64,000 nt of DNA from Candidatus Poribacteria bacterium (GCA_965232535.1 CBDDPW010000023.1:736798-800797), one strand, 5' to 3'; shown: positions 1 through 8,152, counted from the first letter of the stretch. A program made the numbers and translations. Notes: a model not told the origin generated them from the letters alone.

Positions 1-395
1 TACCCCGCCGCGGCATCTGCGCCAATTTTCTTCGCAATCTCGTCATCCGTGAGTCCGCGATGCGATCCGCCGCCAACAACAAAGCGAATCTCGCTCTTGG
101 GAACCCCCGCTTGAATCAACTCCCGAAGGACGAAAGGGACAACCTCCGAAGCCGGTGTCGGTCTACTCAAATCATCGACAATAATGGCAGCGCTTCGTTT
201 CCTCTTGGCAAGTTCCGCAATTCGGGGCGTGCCAATCGGTTGGTCGAACGCTGCTTGGATCTCGGCCTCTGATAGCTTCGGCGCATCTCTGGGAGAAAGC
301 ATCTGGATCTCCCAGCCATCGGGAAAATTCAATCGCAGTTCTTCGTCACCGTACCAGGCGCGTGACGAAATTGTCGCATAGTTGTTTGACCTCAT
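1..395 (-). CDS. LarA-like protein (lactate racemase N-terminal domain / DUF2088 type), N-terminal part only; gene runs off the left edge
   Basis: Reverse frame is open from ATG (complement of 393-395) to position 1. My translation: MRSNNYATISSRAWYGDEELRLNFPDGWEIQMLSPRDAPKLSEAEIQAAFDQPIGTPRIAELAKRKRSAAIIVDDLSRPTPASEVVPFVLRELIQAGVPKSEIRFVVGGGSHRGLTDDEI. It resembles LarA N-termini (NPIG...L.ELA....v.Ii.sD.TRP.P). Absent from the ORF track because it has no stop inside the window. Confidence 0.6.
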   Translation of the reverse strand, partial: MRSNNYATISSRAWYGDEELRLNFPDGWEIQMLSPRDAPKLSEAEIQAAFDQPIGTPRIAELAKRKRSAAIIVDDLSRPTPASEVVPFVLRELIQAGVPKSEIRFVVGGGSHRGLTDDEIAKKIGADAAAG

Positions 396-601
396 ATACA
401 CCTCAGATCTGAAGCCAATATAAGGAGGTGATACACAAACGCGCGGGATAGTAGTGTAAAAAGACCGCCAAGCTGCTTTTTGAATAAACTTGATTCGTTT
501 CACTTTGCAATTCGCAAAGTGGACAATGTCCTAAGTAACGTTTAATAATTAATTGTACACTTTGACAAAGACCACGGCAACAATGTCCCCAGATGCTTCT
601 A

Positions 602-619
602 CTGGATTGACAAATCCAG
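602..619. repeat. Short hairpin motif ctggattGACAaatccag (7-bp stem, GACA loop; contains TTGACA), copy 1 of 2
   Basis: The 19-mer ctggattgacaaatccagc occurs identically at 602-620 and 57063-57081. Confidence 0.5.
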
Positions 620-977
620 CCAATCATTATCTTGCTATTTAGTTTTGGCTCTTTCCCTACAGAGTAGAATCAAGCGACTAAATAGGGAGAATGACTACAG
701 CCATAACGATGCAATTATTGATGTGGCGACCACCTAGCCATAGTCAATTCCTTGGTTGGCAACGTCTAAAAGTTGATAAGTAAGAGATTTTCTAGACTTC
801 AACATCACTTCACATTCCTTTTCTTTCTCTCCATTCCCTTATCCATACTAGATAATAGGGAAGCCATAGCCAACCTAAAAATACTGGTTCACCTAACAGA
901 GCAATTATCCACAAACCACCACGACCCCGCAACTCAATAAGACAACAACCAACAACGAACCCGAGAAGAGACACTAT

Positions 978-1050
978 TGCAATTACCCCCAAAAACTAGA
1001 CAGTAGATTAAGGTGGATTTCGGGCTGTCAAAACGGTCATGTTATGAGTC
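978..1050. repeat. Left terminal inverted repeat of the IS (73 nt)
   Basis: tgcaattacccccaaaaactagacagtagattaaggtggatttcgggctgtcaaaacggtcatgttatgagtc pairs with the complement of 2411-2483. Confidence 0.85.
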
Positions 1051-1098
1051 ATAATACGGCTCAACAACGCCAAGAATTTTGAAAGGAGTTTTCATAGC

Positions 1099-2208
1099 AT
1101 GGCTAGTAGAAAGCAGTATGATAACCGATTCAAAGCACAAGTGGCGATTGAGGCAATAAAGAATCAACGCACCACGGCTCAGATTGCCAGTGACTACGAA
1201 GTCCACCCGAATCAGGTCAGCCAGTGGAAAAGACAGATTCTGGATGAAGCGCCGCAACTGTTTGCAAAGGGACGCTCCCAAGCAACCTCCGACAATGACC
1301 GACTCATAGCTGAACTCTATCGTCAAATCGGTCAGTTGAAGGTAGAACTGGATTGGGTTCAAAAAAAACTCAACGGCTCGGTTGAACAGAAGCGGCAGCT
1401 TGTCGGCCGAGAGAGCGGTTCCCCATCGCTTTTGAGACAATGTGAACTGTTAGGGTTGCCACGCGCTTCATATTATTATCAACCCGCGGTAGAATCGCCG
1501 GAAAACCTGCTCTATATGCGTCTGTTAGATGAGCAGTACACCAGGAGGCCGTCCTTCGGCGTACCTAAATTAACGGAGTGGCTTCGTCGTCAAGGCTATG
1601 TCGTCAATCGTAAACGGGTAGCAAGGTTAATGCGGAAGATGGGATTAGTTGCCATCTATCCCAAGCCCAAGACCTCCGCTATGGGCAAACCTTCAAAGGT
1701 GTATCCCTATCTGTTGAAAGGATTAAGCATCACCAGACCGAACCACGTCTGGGCAACTGACATCACCTACATTCGCTTGAACGATGGCTTTGTCTATCTC
1801 GTAGCCATTATGGATTGGTCTTCCCGTTACGTGTTGTCGTGGGAACTATCAAATTCACTTGACGCATTCTTTTGTGTATCGGCTCTGGAACGAGCCCTTC
1901 GTCAATCAACTCCGTTGATATTCAACAACGACCAAGGAAGTCAGTTTACTTCCGAGGCGTTTACTGATAGACTCCAAGCATCTAACGTCGCCATCAGTTG
2001 GACCGGCAACGGCAGGTATTATGACAACATCTTCGTTGAACGGCTATGGCGCAGTGTCAAGTACGAGGAGGTTTATCCCAACGACTATGACTCAATGGAG
2101 ACAACTCATCGTCGGTTGAAAGATTATTTCAACTTTTACAACCGAGAGCGGTTCCATCAATCGCTCGATTACCGTATGCCTCACGAGGTGTATTTTCAAC
2201 AACATTAG
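1099..2208 (+). CDS. IS3-family transposase, single uninterrupted 369-aa OrfAB-type ORF (HTH + DDE integrase core)
   Basis: N-terminal HTH region RTTAQIASDYEVHPNQVSQWKRQ. DDE core HVWATDITY ... NNDQGSQFTS ... ERLWRSVKYEEVY. An A8 run at 1362-1369 lies at the usual OrfA/OrfB junction. Confidence 0.9.
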   Translation: MASRKQYDNRFKAQVAIEAIKNQRTTAQIASDYEVHPNQVSQWKRQILDEAPQLFAKGRSQATSDNDRLIAELYRQIGQLKVELDWVQKKLNGSVEQKRQLVGRESGSPSLLRQCELLGLPRASYYYQPAVESPENLLYMRLLDEQYTRRPSFGVPKLTEWLRRQGYVVNRKRVARLMRKMGLVAIYPKPKTSAMGKPSKVYPYLLKGLSITRPNHVWATDITYIRLNDGFVYLVAIMDWSSRYVLSWELSNSLDAFFCVSALERALRQSTPLIFNNDQGSQFTSEAFTDRLQASNVAISWTGNGRYYDNIFVERLWRSVKYEEVYPNDYDSMETTHRRLKDYFNFYNRERFHQSLDYRMPHEVYFQQH

Positions 2209-2410
2209 GTGTTAAAACGTAGCCGGATTGCGTAGCCTTTACACCTTAAATTCTATTCATAACTGTCTAAAGGATGGGGGTAAGTTATCTCCTTCGTAGG
2301 CGTAGGATAGAAATTATACCTTGTGCCAATGTTTGCCGTAAACAAAAAACTGGGTATCCCATTACCCCAAACGTAATGTACGTTTGCAAAAAAGTCTTGC
2401 AGCTTGGTAC

Positions 2411-2483
2411 GGCTCAAAACATGAACGTTTTGCCAGCCCGAAATCCACCTTAATCTACTGTCTAGTTTTTGGGGGTAATCGCA
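2411..2483. repeat. Right terminal inverted repeat of the IS (73 nt)
   Basis: Its reverse complement reads tgcgattacccccaaaaactagacagtagattaaggtggatttcgggctggcaaaacgttcatgttttgagcc. Confidence 0.85.
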
Positions 2484-2562
2484 GAGTAGATTATAACTTG
2501 ACACAAACATCACATGTTACTTACAATTCTATACTGATGCTATATGAGTAAATCTCCTATAT

Positions 2563-2574
2563 TCCATTAATGGA
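2563..2574. promoter_or_regulatory. Perfect 12-bp palindrome tccattaatgga 28 nt upstream of hicB; candidate TA operator
   Basis: Self-complementary 12-mer read directly from the sequence. The position fits autoregulatory operators of type II TA operons. Confidence 0.3.
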
Positions 2575-2602
2575 TTGAATACCCTATGGAGAGCAAGGAA
2601 AA

Positions 2603-2935
2603 ATGAAAATGGAAAGAGGTTTCACGTTCAGAATAACTCTGATCCTGAAGCACCAACCTGATGGGGTTTTTACAATATATTGTAAAGAACTCCCCGAACT
2701 GATAACCGATGGAGATTCGGTAGAGGAAGCGTTAGAGAATGCTAAAGATGCTTTCATAGCAACTCTTGAACTGTATTTTGATGATGATCGAAGGTTGCCT
2801 CGTGAGATTTTTGTGAAGGATACAGCAGATTCAAAACCCAAAATTAGTACCCTTACACCAACAGAGGGTGATTCGGATTGGTGCTTCCAGGCTACTTTGC
2901 CACCACCTCCAGAATTAGGTGCCTATGCAACTTAA
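2603..2935 (+). CDS. hicB: HicB-family antitoxin (UPF0150 fold)
   Basis: FTFRITLILKHQPDGVFTIYCKELPELITDGDSVEEALENAKDAFIATLELYFDD is a typical HicB N-terminal domain. Overlaps hicA by 17 nt. Confidence 0.75.
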   Translation: MKMERGFTFRITLILKHQPDGVFTIYCKELPELITDGDSVEEALENAKDAFIATLELYFDDDRRLPREIFVKDTADSKPKISTLTPTEGDSDWCFQATLPPPPELGAYAT

Positions 2936-3143
2936 CTATCAGATAGTTAAGAAAAAGTTGAAAAAACTTGGATGTGTAGAATCATCCAGGATTACCAGAG
3001 GATCTCACCGAAAATGGAGGAACCCTAAGACTAACAAAACTGGAATATTCCACGACAAAGGTGGTAGAGATATTTCGGAATATACACTCCGTGATGGGCT
3101 AAAGCAAATTGGAATTGATTGGAATACATTCAAAAATATATAG
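2919..3143 (+). CDS. hicA: HicA-family mRNA interferase toxin
   Basis: 74 aa. VKKKLKKLGCVESSRITRGSHRKWRNP...GRDISEYTLRDGLKQIGI matches the HicA pattern (L...G......GSH......P......K.l..gtl..ilkq.G). Confidence 0.75.
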   Translation: MPMQLNYQIVKKKLKKLGCVESSRITRGSHRKWRNPKTNKTGIFHDKGGRDISEYTLRDGLKQIGIDWNTFKNI

Positions 3144-3216
3144 CCCTCAATATCCCTTACTTTGGGGGTAAGTGTTGACGATACGAAAGAACCGCCACAC
3201 TCTTTCATTGTTGTGA

Positions 3217-3798
3217 TTAGTTAGACTGAGATTGGCGTCTCAAACTCTCTTCCTCAGCCAGAGCGACTAAATAGTAGTCTGCGACATCCACCAAGAAACC
3301 GAAAGAGCGTTCGGCTGCGCTCCGAAATCTGTTCCATGCTTCATGAAATTCGACAAAAGGGGAGCCCTCACCGTACGATTCTGTAAGTTGCAAGAGTTTC
3401 GGTCTGTCGCCCACCTTGTTCAATCTATACCATAGCCAAGTATCGTCCTCGTACTCACCGCCTTCCTTTTCCTTAATTGGAAAAACAAGTGCGTGAATCC
3501 AATTGTTTCTCTCGGCAACGTCAAAGACTTCATTTAGCGCTGTAAGTAAGTCTCTTTCTCTGATGCGTTTCAGGTATTCCATCAAAGTACCCCGTTTTCT
3601 ATTTGGACTAAGTTCGTTTATCTGGCGGAAGTTCTGGGTGCAGCTTACCCCTTGGTGAAGTCGTTTGGACCTGATATACCAGACTAGTGCCTCGATGTAA
3701 AATTCGAGGGCATTCCATTCAAGGATGAATCGTCCATACTCATATATGAACCGTTCTCGATCGTCTAGGTCATCTACAGCTTCTGAAATCGTATTCAT
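3217..3798 (-). CDS. Hypothetical protein with an RNxxxH motif (possible HEPN-type domain)
   Basis: ORF 3217-3819. I prefer the ATG at 3798, preceded by GGAGG 9 nt upstream. Motif AERNNWIHA fits the HEPN R-x4-6-H signature with N after R. No other family recognised. Confidence 0.55.
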   Translation of the reverse strand: MNTISEAVDDLDDRERFIYEYGRFILEWNALEFYIEALVWYIRSKRLHQGVSCTQNFRQINELSPNRKRGTLMEYLKRIRERDLLTALNEVFDVAERNNWIHALVFPIKEKEGGEYEDDTWLWYRLNKVGDRPKLLQLTESYGEGSPFVEFHEAWNRFRSAAERSFGFLVDVADYYLVALAEEESLRRQSQSN

Positions 3799-4049
3799 CT
3801 CACATGTCCTCCAATTCACTTAATACAGTTAATCCGACGGTCAAAGCAGTCAAATCGGAAAAACTAATCTTGCACGAAATCATGATGTACTCCAAGCGAA
3901 TTAGTGAAGATTATCCTCCAGGAAAGTCAAAATGGTGCGAAGTGCAACAGTTTTCTGATCGATAGGATGCTGTTACCAACTCTATCCGCAACCGACTACA
4001 AACACAAATCAAGGAGGAGCTTATGTGGCAAAATTGACGGATGGTCCTG

Positions 4050-4616
4050 TCATTCTAAAGGATCGGGTGCCAGTGGCGACTCCCATAATGGCTCCGGTTG
4101 GCCATGGCGATGGTTAACAAGGCGTGCTAGAACGAAAAGGAAATCCGAGAGACGATTCAGGTAGGGTAGAATCGCAGGGTTAATTGATTCCGCGTCCGCG
4201 AGACTCACAATCGAGCGCTCACCTCGGCGGCATACGGTTCGAGCGAGATGCAGCGTAGACCCGGCCACACTGCCTCCGGGAAGAATAAAATTTGTCAGCG
4301 GGGCGAGCTGGTGTTCAATTCTGTCGATGTCCTTCTCTAACGTTCTTACGAAATCCGGGGAAATTCGTAATTCATCCGACTTCGCATGAGTATCCAACGT
4401 CGCGAGATCGGCCCCGATATTGAAAAGTTCATTCTGAATCCGGTGAAGTAGATTATCTATCTCCGCATCACGAATCTGCGATCTTGCCGTTCCAATGCAG
4501 GCATTAAGTTCGTCAATCGTACCGATGGCATCAATACGCAACGAGTTTTTGGGGATGCGAGCACCCCCAAATAGACCGGTTCCTCCGGTGTCGCCCGTTT
4601 TGGTATAAATCTTCAT
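4050..4616 (-). CDS. PduO-type ATP:cob(I)alamin adenosyltransferase
   Basis: MKIYTKTGDTGGTGLFGGARIPKNSLRIDAIGTIDELNACIG is a canonical PduO/MMAB N-terminus. 188 aa. Confidence 0.9.
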   Translation of the reverse strand: MKIYTKTGDTGGTGLFGGARIPKNSLRIDAIGTIDELNACIGTARSQIRDAEIDNLLHRIQNELFNIGADLATLDTHAKSDELRISPDFVRTLEKDIDRIEHQLAPLTNFILPGGSVAGSTLHLARTVCRRGERSIVSLADAESINPAILPYLNRLSDFLFVLARLVNHRHGQPEPLWESPLAPDPLE

Positions 4617-4653
4617 AGACGTTGTTTGCCAACGCTAGTCATTGATCGGGTTA

Positions 4654-5406
4654 CTACTTGGCGGATTCGGCACGCTCTAGGAACTCAGCCGCGCCAGTCG
4701 AAAGCCAGCCGCCGATTGTGGTAAATAGGAATCGAACGCCAGCCTCTGCGTATTTTGCGACGTTGTCATTGTTTACCATTGCGCCGGCGATACGTCCTGC
4801 GGCTTGAATTCGTTGGTGGGCTTCATCAATAGTGCGTTGTACTTCGGGATGCCCCACACCGCCGAGGTACCCCATTGATGTCGCCAGATCGGAAGGCGCC
4901 ACGAAGAACACGTCAATCTGGTCAACAGTCAAGATTTCATCGAGATTTCTTATGGCAGCGATGTCTTCGATTAGCACGATTAACAACGTCTCGTCGTTCG
5001 CGTGCTCGTAAAAATTGGGCACCGAATAACTCTGTCGGCTGCCAAACATCCCTCGGTATCCGACGGGTGCGAACCTGCCGCCATCCGCCACATTCTGGGC
5101 TTCTTCCTTCGTATTCACGTGTGGGACAACGATGCCTTGAGCCCCGCGATCCAGCGTGCGGTAGATAATGCCTTGGTTGTTTTGGTTGATGCGAACAATT
5201 GATGTCATTTCCCAAATGTCGCACGCTCGGGTCAGATTGCCGAGCTCGGACGGATCCACTCCGCCATGTTCTCCCTCCAGCCAGAACCCGTCAAAACCGA
5301 GTGGACCGAATGCATCAATGTCGTCGGGGTGTGTGAGGCCGCCAGCCACATAGGCGGTTTCACCGGAAGCCAGTTTGCGTTTGACTCGATTTGGTCTTAT
5401 TTCCAT
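4654..5406 (-). CDS. HpcH/HpaI-family aldolase (2-keto-3-deoxy sugar acid aldolase type)
   Basis: VRINQNNQGIIYRTLDRGAQGIVVPHVNTKEEAQNVADGGRFAPVGYRG matches the HpcH/HpaI core. 250 aa. Confidence 0.8.
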   Translation of the reverse strand: MEIRPNRVKRKLASGETAYVAGGLTHPDDIDAFGPLGFDGFWLEGEHGGVDPSELGNLTRACDIWEMTSIVRINQNNQGIIYRTLDRGAQGIVVPHVNTKEEAQNVADGGRFAPVGYRGMFGSRQSYSVPNFYEHANDETLLIVLIEDIAAIRNLDEILTVDQIDVFFVAPSDLATSMGYLGGVGHPEVQRTIDEAHQRIQAAGRIAGAMVNNDNVAKYAEAGVRFLFTTIGGWLSTGAAEFLERAESAK

Positions 5407-5549
5407 TATCTATCCTCCAAGAATTTGGGCGTTGCCCGAATATTAAAATGTCAGTGTTTAAACGTTTCTCAGATTTCAGCACGACGATGGCAGGACTGCG
5501 GCGGCAGGTTCAGAGTTGGCCGCGTAGGGAATTCCTACGAGAAGAGATT

Positions 5550-6413
5550 CTAATCCAAAATACAGCCCTTAAGGAACTGCCCGCAACGATGAAACCCTTC
5601 TTGACGCCTCTCACCGTCAAAAACCGCGTCTTCATGCTCGATTATGACCGCATCCTCATATCCGCGTTCGTGCGCCATAGCGAACAAACGGTGCCAATCG
5701 AATTTGGCGAATCCGGGCAGTCGGTAGCGCCACCATCCGCTGCCGAAAACACCGCACCGCTTGAGGCGATCCGAAAAAATCTCCGTATCTTTAGCGTGAA
5801 GCACGTAAACCCGATCAAAGAACTCATCGAATGCGGCGAAGGGATCAATCCATTGCCAGAGGAGGTGAGAGGGGTCGAATTCCAGACCGATGTTCTTTGA
5901 CGGCACAGCGTCAAACATCAATCCCCAGGCTTCAGGTGTTACTGTCAAGTTTCCTCCCTCGGCGAAAGGGCCGGCGCCCGGCCAATTCTCAAAGGCAATC
6001 TTTACTCCGTAGTCTTCAGCGATCTTGGCGACACGAGAATAAACCTTCTTGTAGCGCGCGACATTTTCTTCAAGCCTGACGCTTGGGTCATAGCCCATCG
6101 GTCCCGCCCCCGTTATGACGGCGACCCCCATATCGTTGCAGGTCTCCATGAGTTGCTCTAGGAAACTCAGATGTTTGGAGAGTTCCCGTCCCGAGCTCTC
6201 AATCCGAGGAAAGTTCAAATATAGGAAAGACGCAATCGTCACCTCATTCTCGTCAAGTAGTTCTTGCGCTTTGCTTCGAGACGATTTCGCTTTAGCCGAA
6301 TTGCCTATCCACTCGTCCGGCGGGCCATTAATTTCCAAACATTCGAACGATTCGTCGTTGCCGGCAAATTCGACCATTTCTTCGGAATATGTTGTGAGAA
6401 ACCCTAATCTCAT
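5550..6413 (-). CDS. Sugar phosphate isomerase/epimerase (xylose isomerase-like TIM barrel)
   Basis: 287 aa. Motifs IAFENWPG, LHAKD and IIEHED are typical of the family. Confidence 0.75.
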   Translation of the reverse strand: MRLGFLTTYSEEMVEFAGNDESFECLEINGPPDEWIGNSAKAKSSRSKAQELLDENEVTIASFLYLNFPRIESSGRELSKHLSFLEQLMETCNDMGVAVITGAGPMGYDPSVRLEENVARYKKVYSRVAKIAEDYGVKIAFENWPGAGPFAEGGNLTVTPEAWGLMFDAVPSKNIGLEFDPSHLLWQWIDPFAAFDEFFDRVYVLHAKDTEIFSDRLKRCGVFGSGWWRYRLPGFAKFDWHRLFAMAHERGYEDAVIIEHEDAVFDGERRQEGFHRCGQFLKGCILD

Positions 6414-6730
6414 AGATCCTCCTCAACTCAAATCGGGAGACCATGACGTGGTTCATGGCCAACGTTGCGCCAATTTGTATGTGATGAACTTTGAATCGAT
6501 ATTGTCATATCCTGCTATCCGCATATTTGCGACAGTGTATCAGAATCAGGGTATTCGGGCAAGCGTTTTTTAACAATCGGGTGATTCGATAAAAGCCGGT
6601 AACAGAATACTACTTGGAGGAAGAATACACGGCTTGCGCAATTGAGTGATTCCACTGTTTTCATTGCGGAAACCGCCGGCTTTCGGCTATAATCAGTATC
6701 TCTGGTGCACGTAGTCTGTCACCATTAAAC

Positions 6731-7117
6731 GTGAAGCCTCCTCAATCCGCAACCGGTGAAATCGCACGCATGAATTTCTCTTTCATGGGCGGCAAAGGCC
6801 CTAAATCTCTTCGTTTTTTACGCCTCCTCTATCACTTGCCAAATTTCGTCAAGTTGGCTTGGCGCCTCTTTTGGGACAGCCGTATTCCCATCTACAAGAA
6901 AGCCGTTCTCGTCCTGTTCGAGATTTTTGCCGTGCTGTTTGCCATCCTTTACTTCATAAATCCACTTGACCTGGACTTCCTTCCGGTAATTGGCAAGACT
7001 GATGATATCATCATCGGATTGCTCGCAATTTCAGTACCGGGCGCGTGGTTGTTCATTAAACTGTCGCCGGAACACATCGTGCGCGAACACGTGGAACGCA
7101 TTTCCAGTGGTCAGTGA
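6731..7117 (+). CDS. DUF1232 (YkvA-like) membrane protein
   Basis: YFINPLDLDFLPVIGKTDDIIIG matches the DUF1232 signature (Y.i.P.DliPD.iP.iG..DD). GTG start is uncertain. Confidence 0.6.
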   Translation: MKPPQSATGEIARMNFSFMGGKGPKSLRFLRLLYHLPNFVKLAWRLFWDSRIPIYKKAVLVLFEIFAVLFAILYFINPLDLDFLPVIGKTDDIIIGLLAISVPGAWLFIKLSPEHIVREHVERISSGQ

Positions 7118-7425
7118 TGTGGGCGCGTAAACCAAACCCAACCTTCCGACAAATATCCAAAGTGCCAAAAATAAATCTCCCTCGACAGTCCGAATCGTCC
7201 ATCTTGGCAGAACCGCATCTAAATGATGCCAAAATGGCACCTTAGGCCAACTTCACCCCGACGAAAGCAGTTTCCATTATTGGAAAATAGGATTTCAGTA
7301 CGCCCGGTTACTGGATAGAAATGAACGATGAACAGGGGTGAACACTGCCTTCACAGTGTATGAGATGGTTGCCGTGGGTGAAAATTCTGGATGTTATTAC
7401 ATTCGTTCAGCGATGAAATCGATTT

Positions 7426-7441
7426 TGGCATGTAATTTGCT
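7426..7441 (+). promoter_or_regulatory. Sigma54-type (-24/-12) promoter upstream of hsp20
   Basis: TGGCATGTAATTTGCT versus consensus TGGCACG-N4-TTGCW: one mismatch, and GG and GC are 12 nt apart. It ends 68 nt before the hsp20 ATG. Inverted repeat acactg-N6-cagtgt at 7342-7359 is a possible activator site. Confidence 0.5.
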
Positions 7442-7508
7442 CTAACCAGATTGAACCGAAAATCGGTAATGAATTATCAACCTAACAACACTTAAGGAGG
7501 AACACAAA

Positions 7509-7961
7509 ATGACAAACCTAACCACATGGAAACCACTACAGGACATCTTTTCGACCCGCAGAGAAATTGATAGGATTTTCGACAACTTCTTCGGCAACCA
7601 TGGCGTTTCACGTTCGACGAGAGATAGCACATGGGTTCCACTGATTGATGTGGTGGATTCCGATGACCACGTTGAGTTCCGCGCGGAGGCCCCCGGATTA
7701 TCCGAGGACGATGTTCAAGTGTCTGTCACAGAAAACGTCCTGACGATTAAAGGTGAAAAAAAGAGTGAATCGGAAGATAAAAACGCTGGTTATCGCCTGG
7801 TTGAACGGAGTTACGGACAATTCCAGCGTTCGTTTAGCCTTCCCAAGAATCTCCGCACTGAAGATGTAGATGCCTCCTTCAAGAGAGGTGTTCTAACAAT
7901 CTCCGTGCCGAAATCAAGGAAAGAGGCAGCGAAGGAGATTCCGATTCGGACCGAATCGTAA
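7509..7961 (+). CDS. Small heat-shock protein, Hsp20/alpha-crystallin family
   Basis: Alpha-crystallin domain VPLIDVVDSDDHVEFRAEAPGLSEDDVQVSVTENVLTIKGEKK...RSFSLPKNLRTEDVDASFKRGVLTISVPK. AAGGAGG lies 8 nt upstream of the ATG. Confidence 0.92.
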   Translation: MTNLTTWKPLQDIFSTRREIDRIFDNFFGNHGVSRSTRDSTWVPLIDVVDSDDHVEFRAEAPGLSEDDVQVSVTENVLTIKGEKKSESEDKNAGYRLVERSYGQFQRSFSLPKNLRTEDVDASFKRGVLTISVPKSRKEAAKEIPIRTES

Positions 7962-7985
7962 ACACGGAATTCGTTCCGTCAATGA

Positions 7986-8018
7986 AGCGCTCTGTCTGGG
8001 AGGACAGAGCGCTTTTTT
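7986..8018 (+). terminator. Rho-independent terminator after hsp20
   Basis: 11-bp stem agcgctctgtc / gacagagcgct, 6-nt loop, then a T6 run. Confidence 0.8.
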
Positions 8019-8152
8019 ATGCCATAAATTCGGATTAACTAAAACAATCTGTGTTTCGCCGACGACTGTCGCGGCAATTCTACGGTTCTAAACTTTCATG
8101 AAACTTTCGTTTTTATGAAAGTGTGTCTTTGGGAAAAATTGGAGGTGTTACT

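Larger units (their letters stand above)
978..2483 (+). mobile_element. IS3-family insertion sequence, about 1.5 kb, TG...CA termini, long terminal inverted repeats
   Basis: 978-1050 is the reverse complement of 2411-2483 with 5 mismatches in my hand alignment. It encloses a DDE transposase ORF. No clear target-site duplication (flanks tat / gag), so ends are uncertain by a few nt. Confidence 0.85.

Noticed and set aside
8085-8125. SigmaE/ECF-type promoter (gaaactt ... tct) and palindrome tttcatgaaa upstream of htrA
   Set aside because: The spacer lengths I count (18-19 nt) do not fit the AAC-N16/17-TCT rule, and the -10 match is poor. The palindrome is real, but I cannot assign it.
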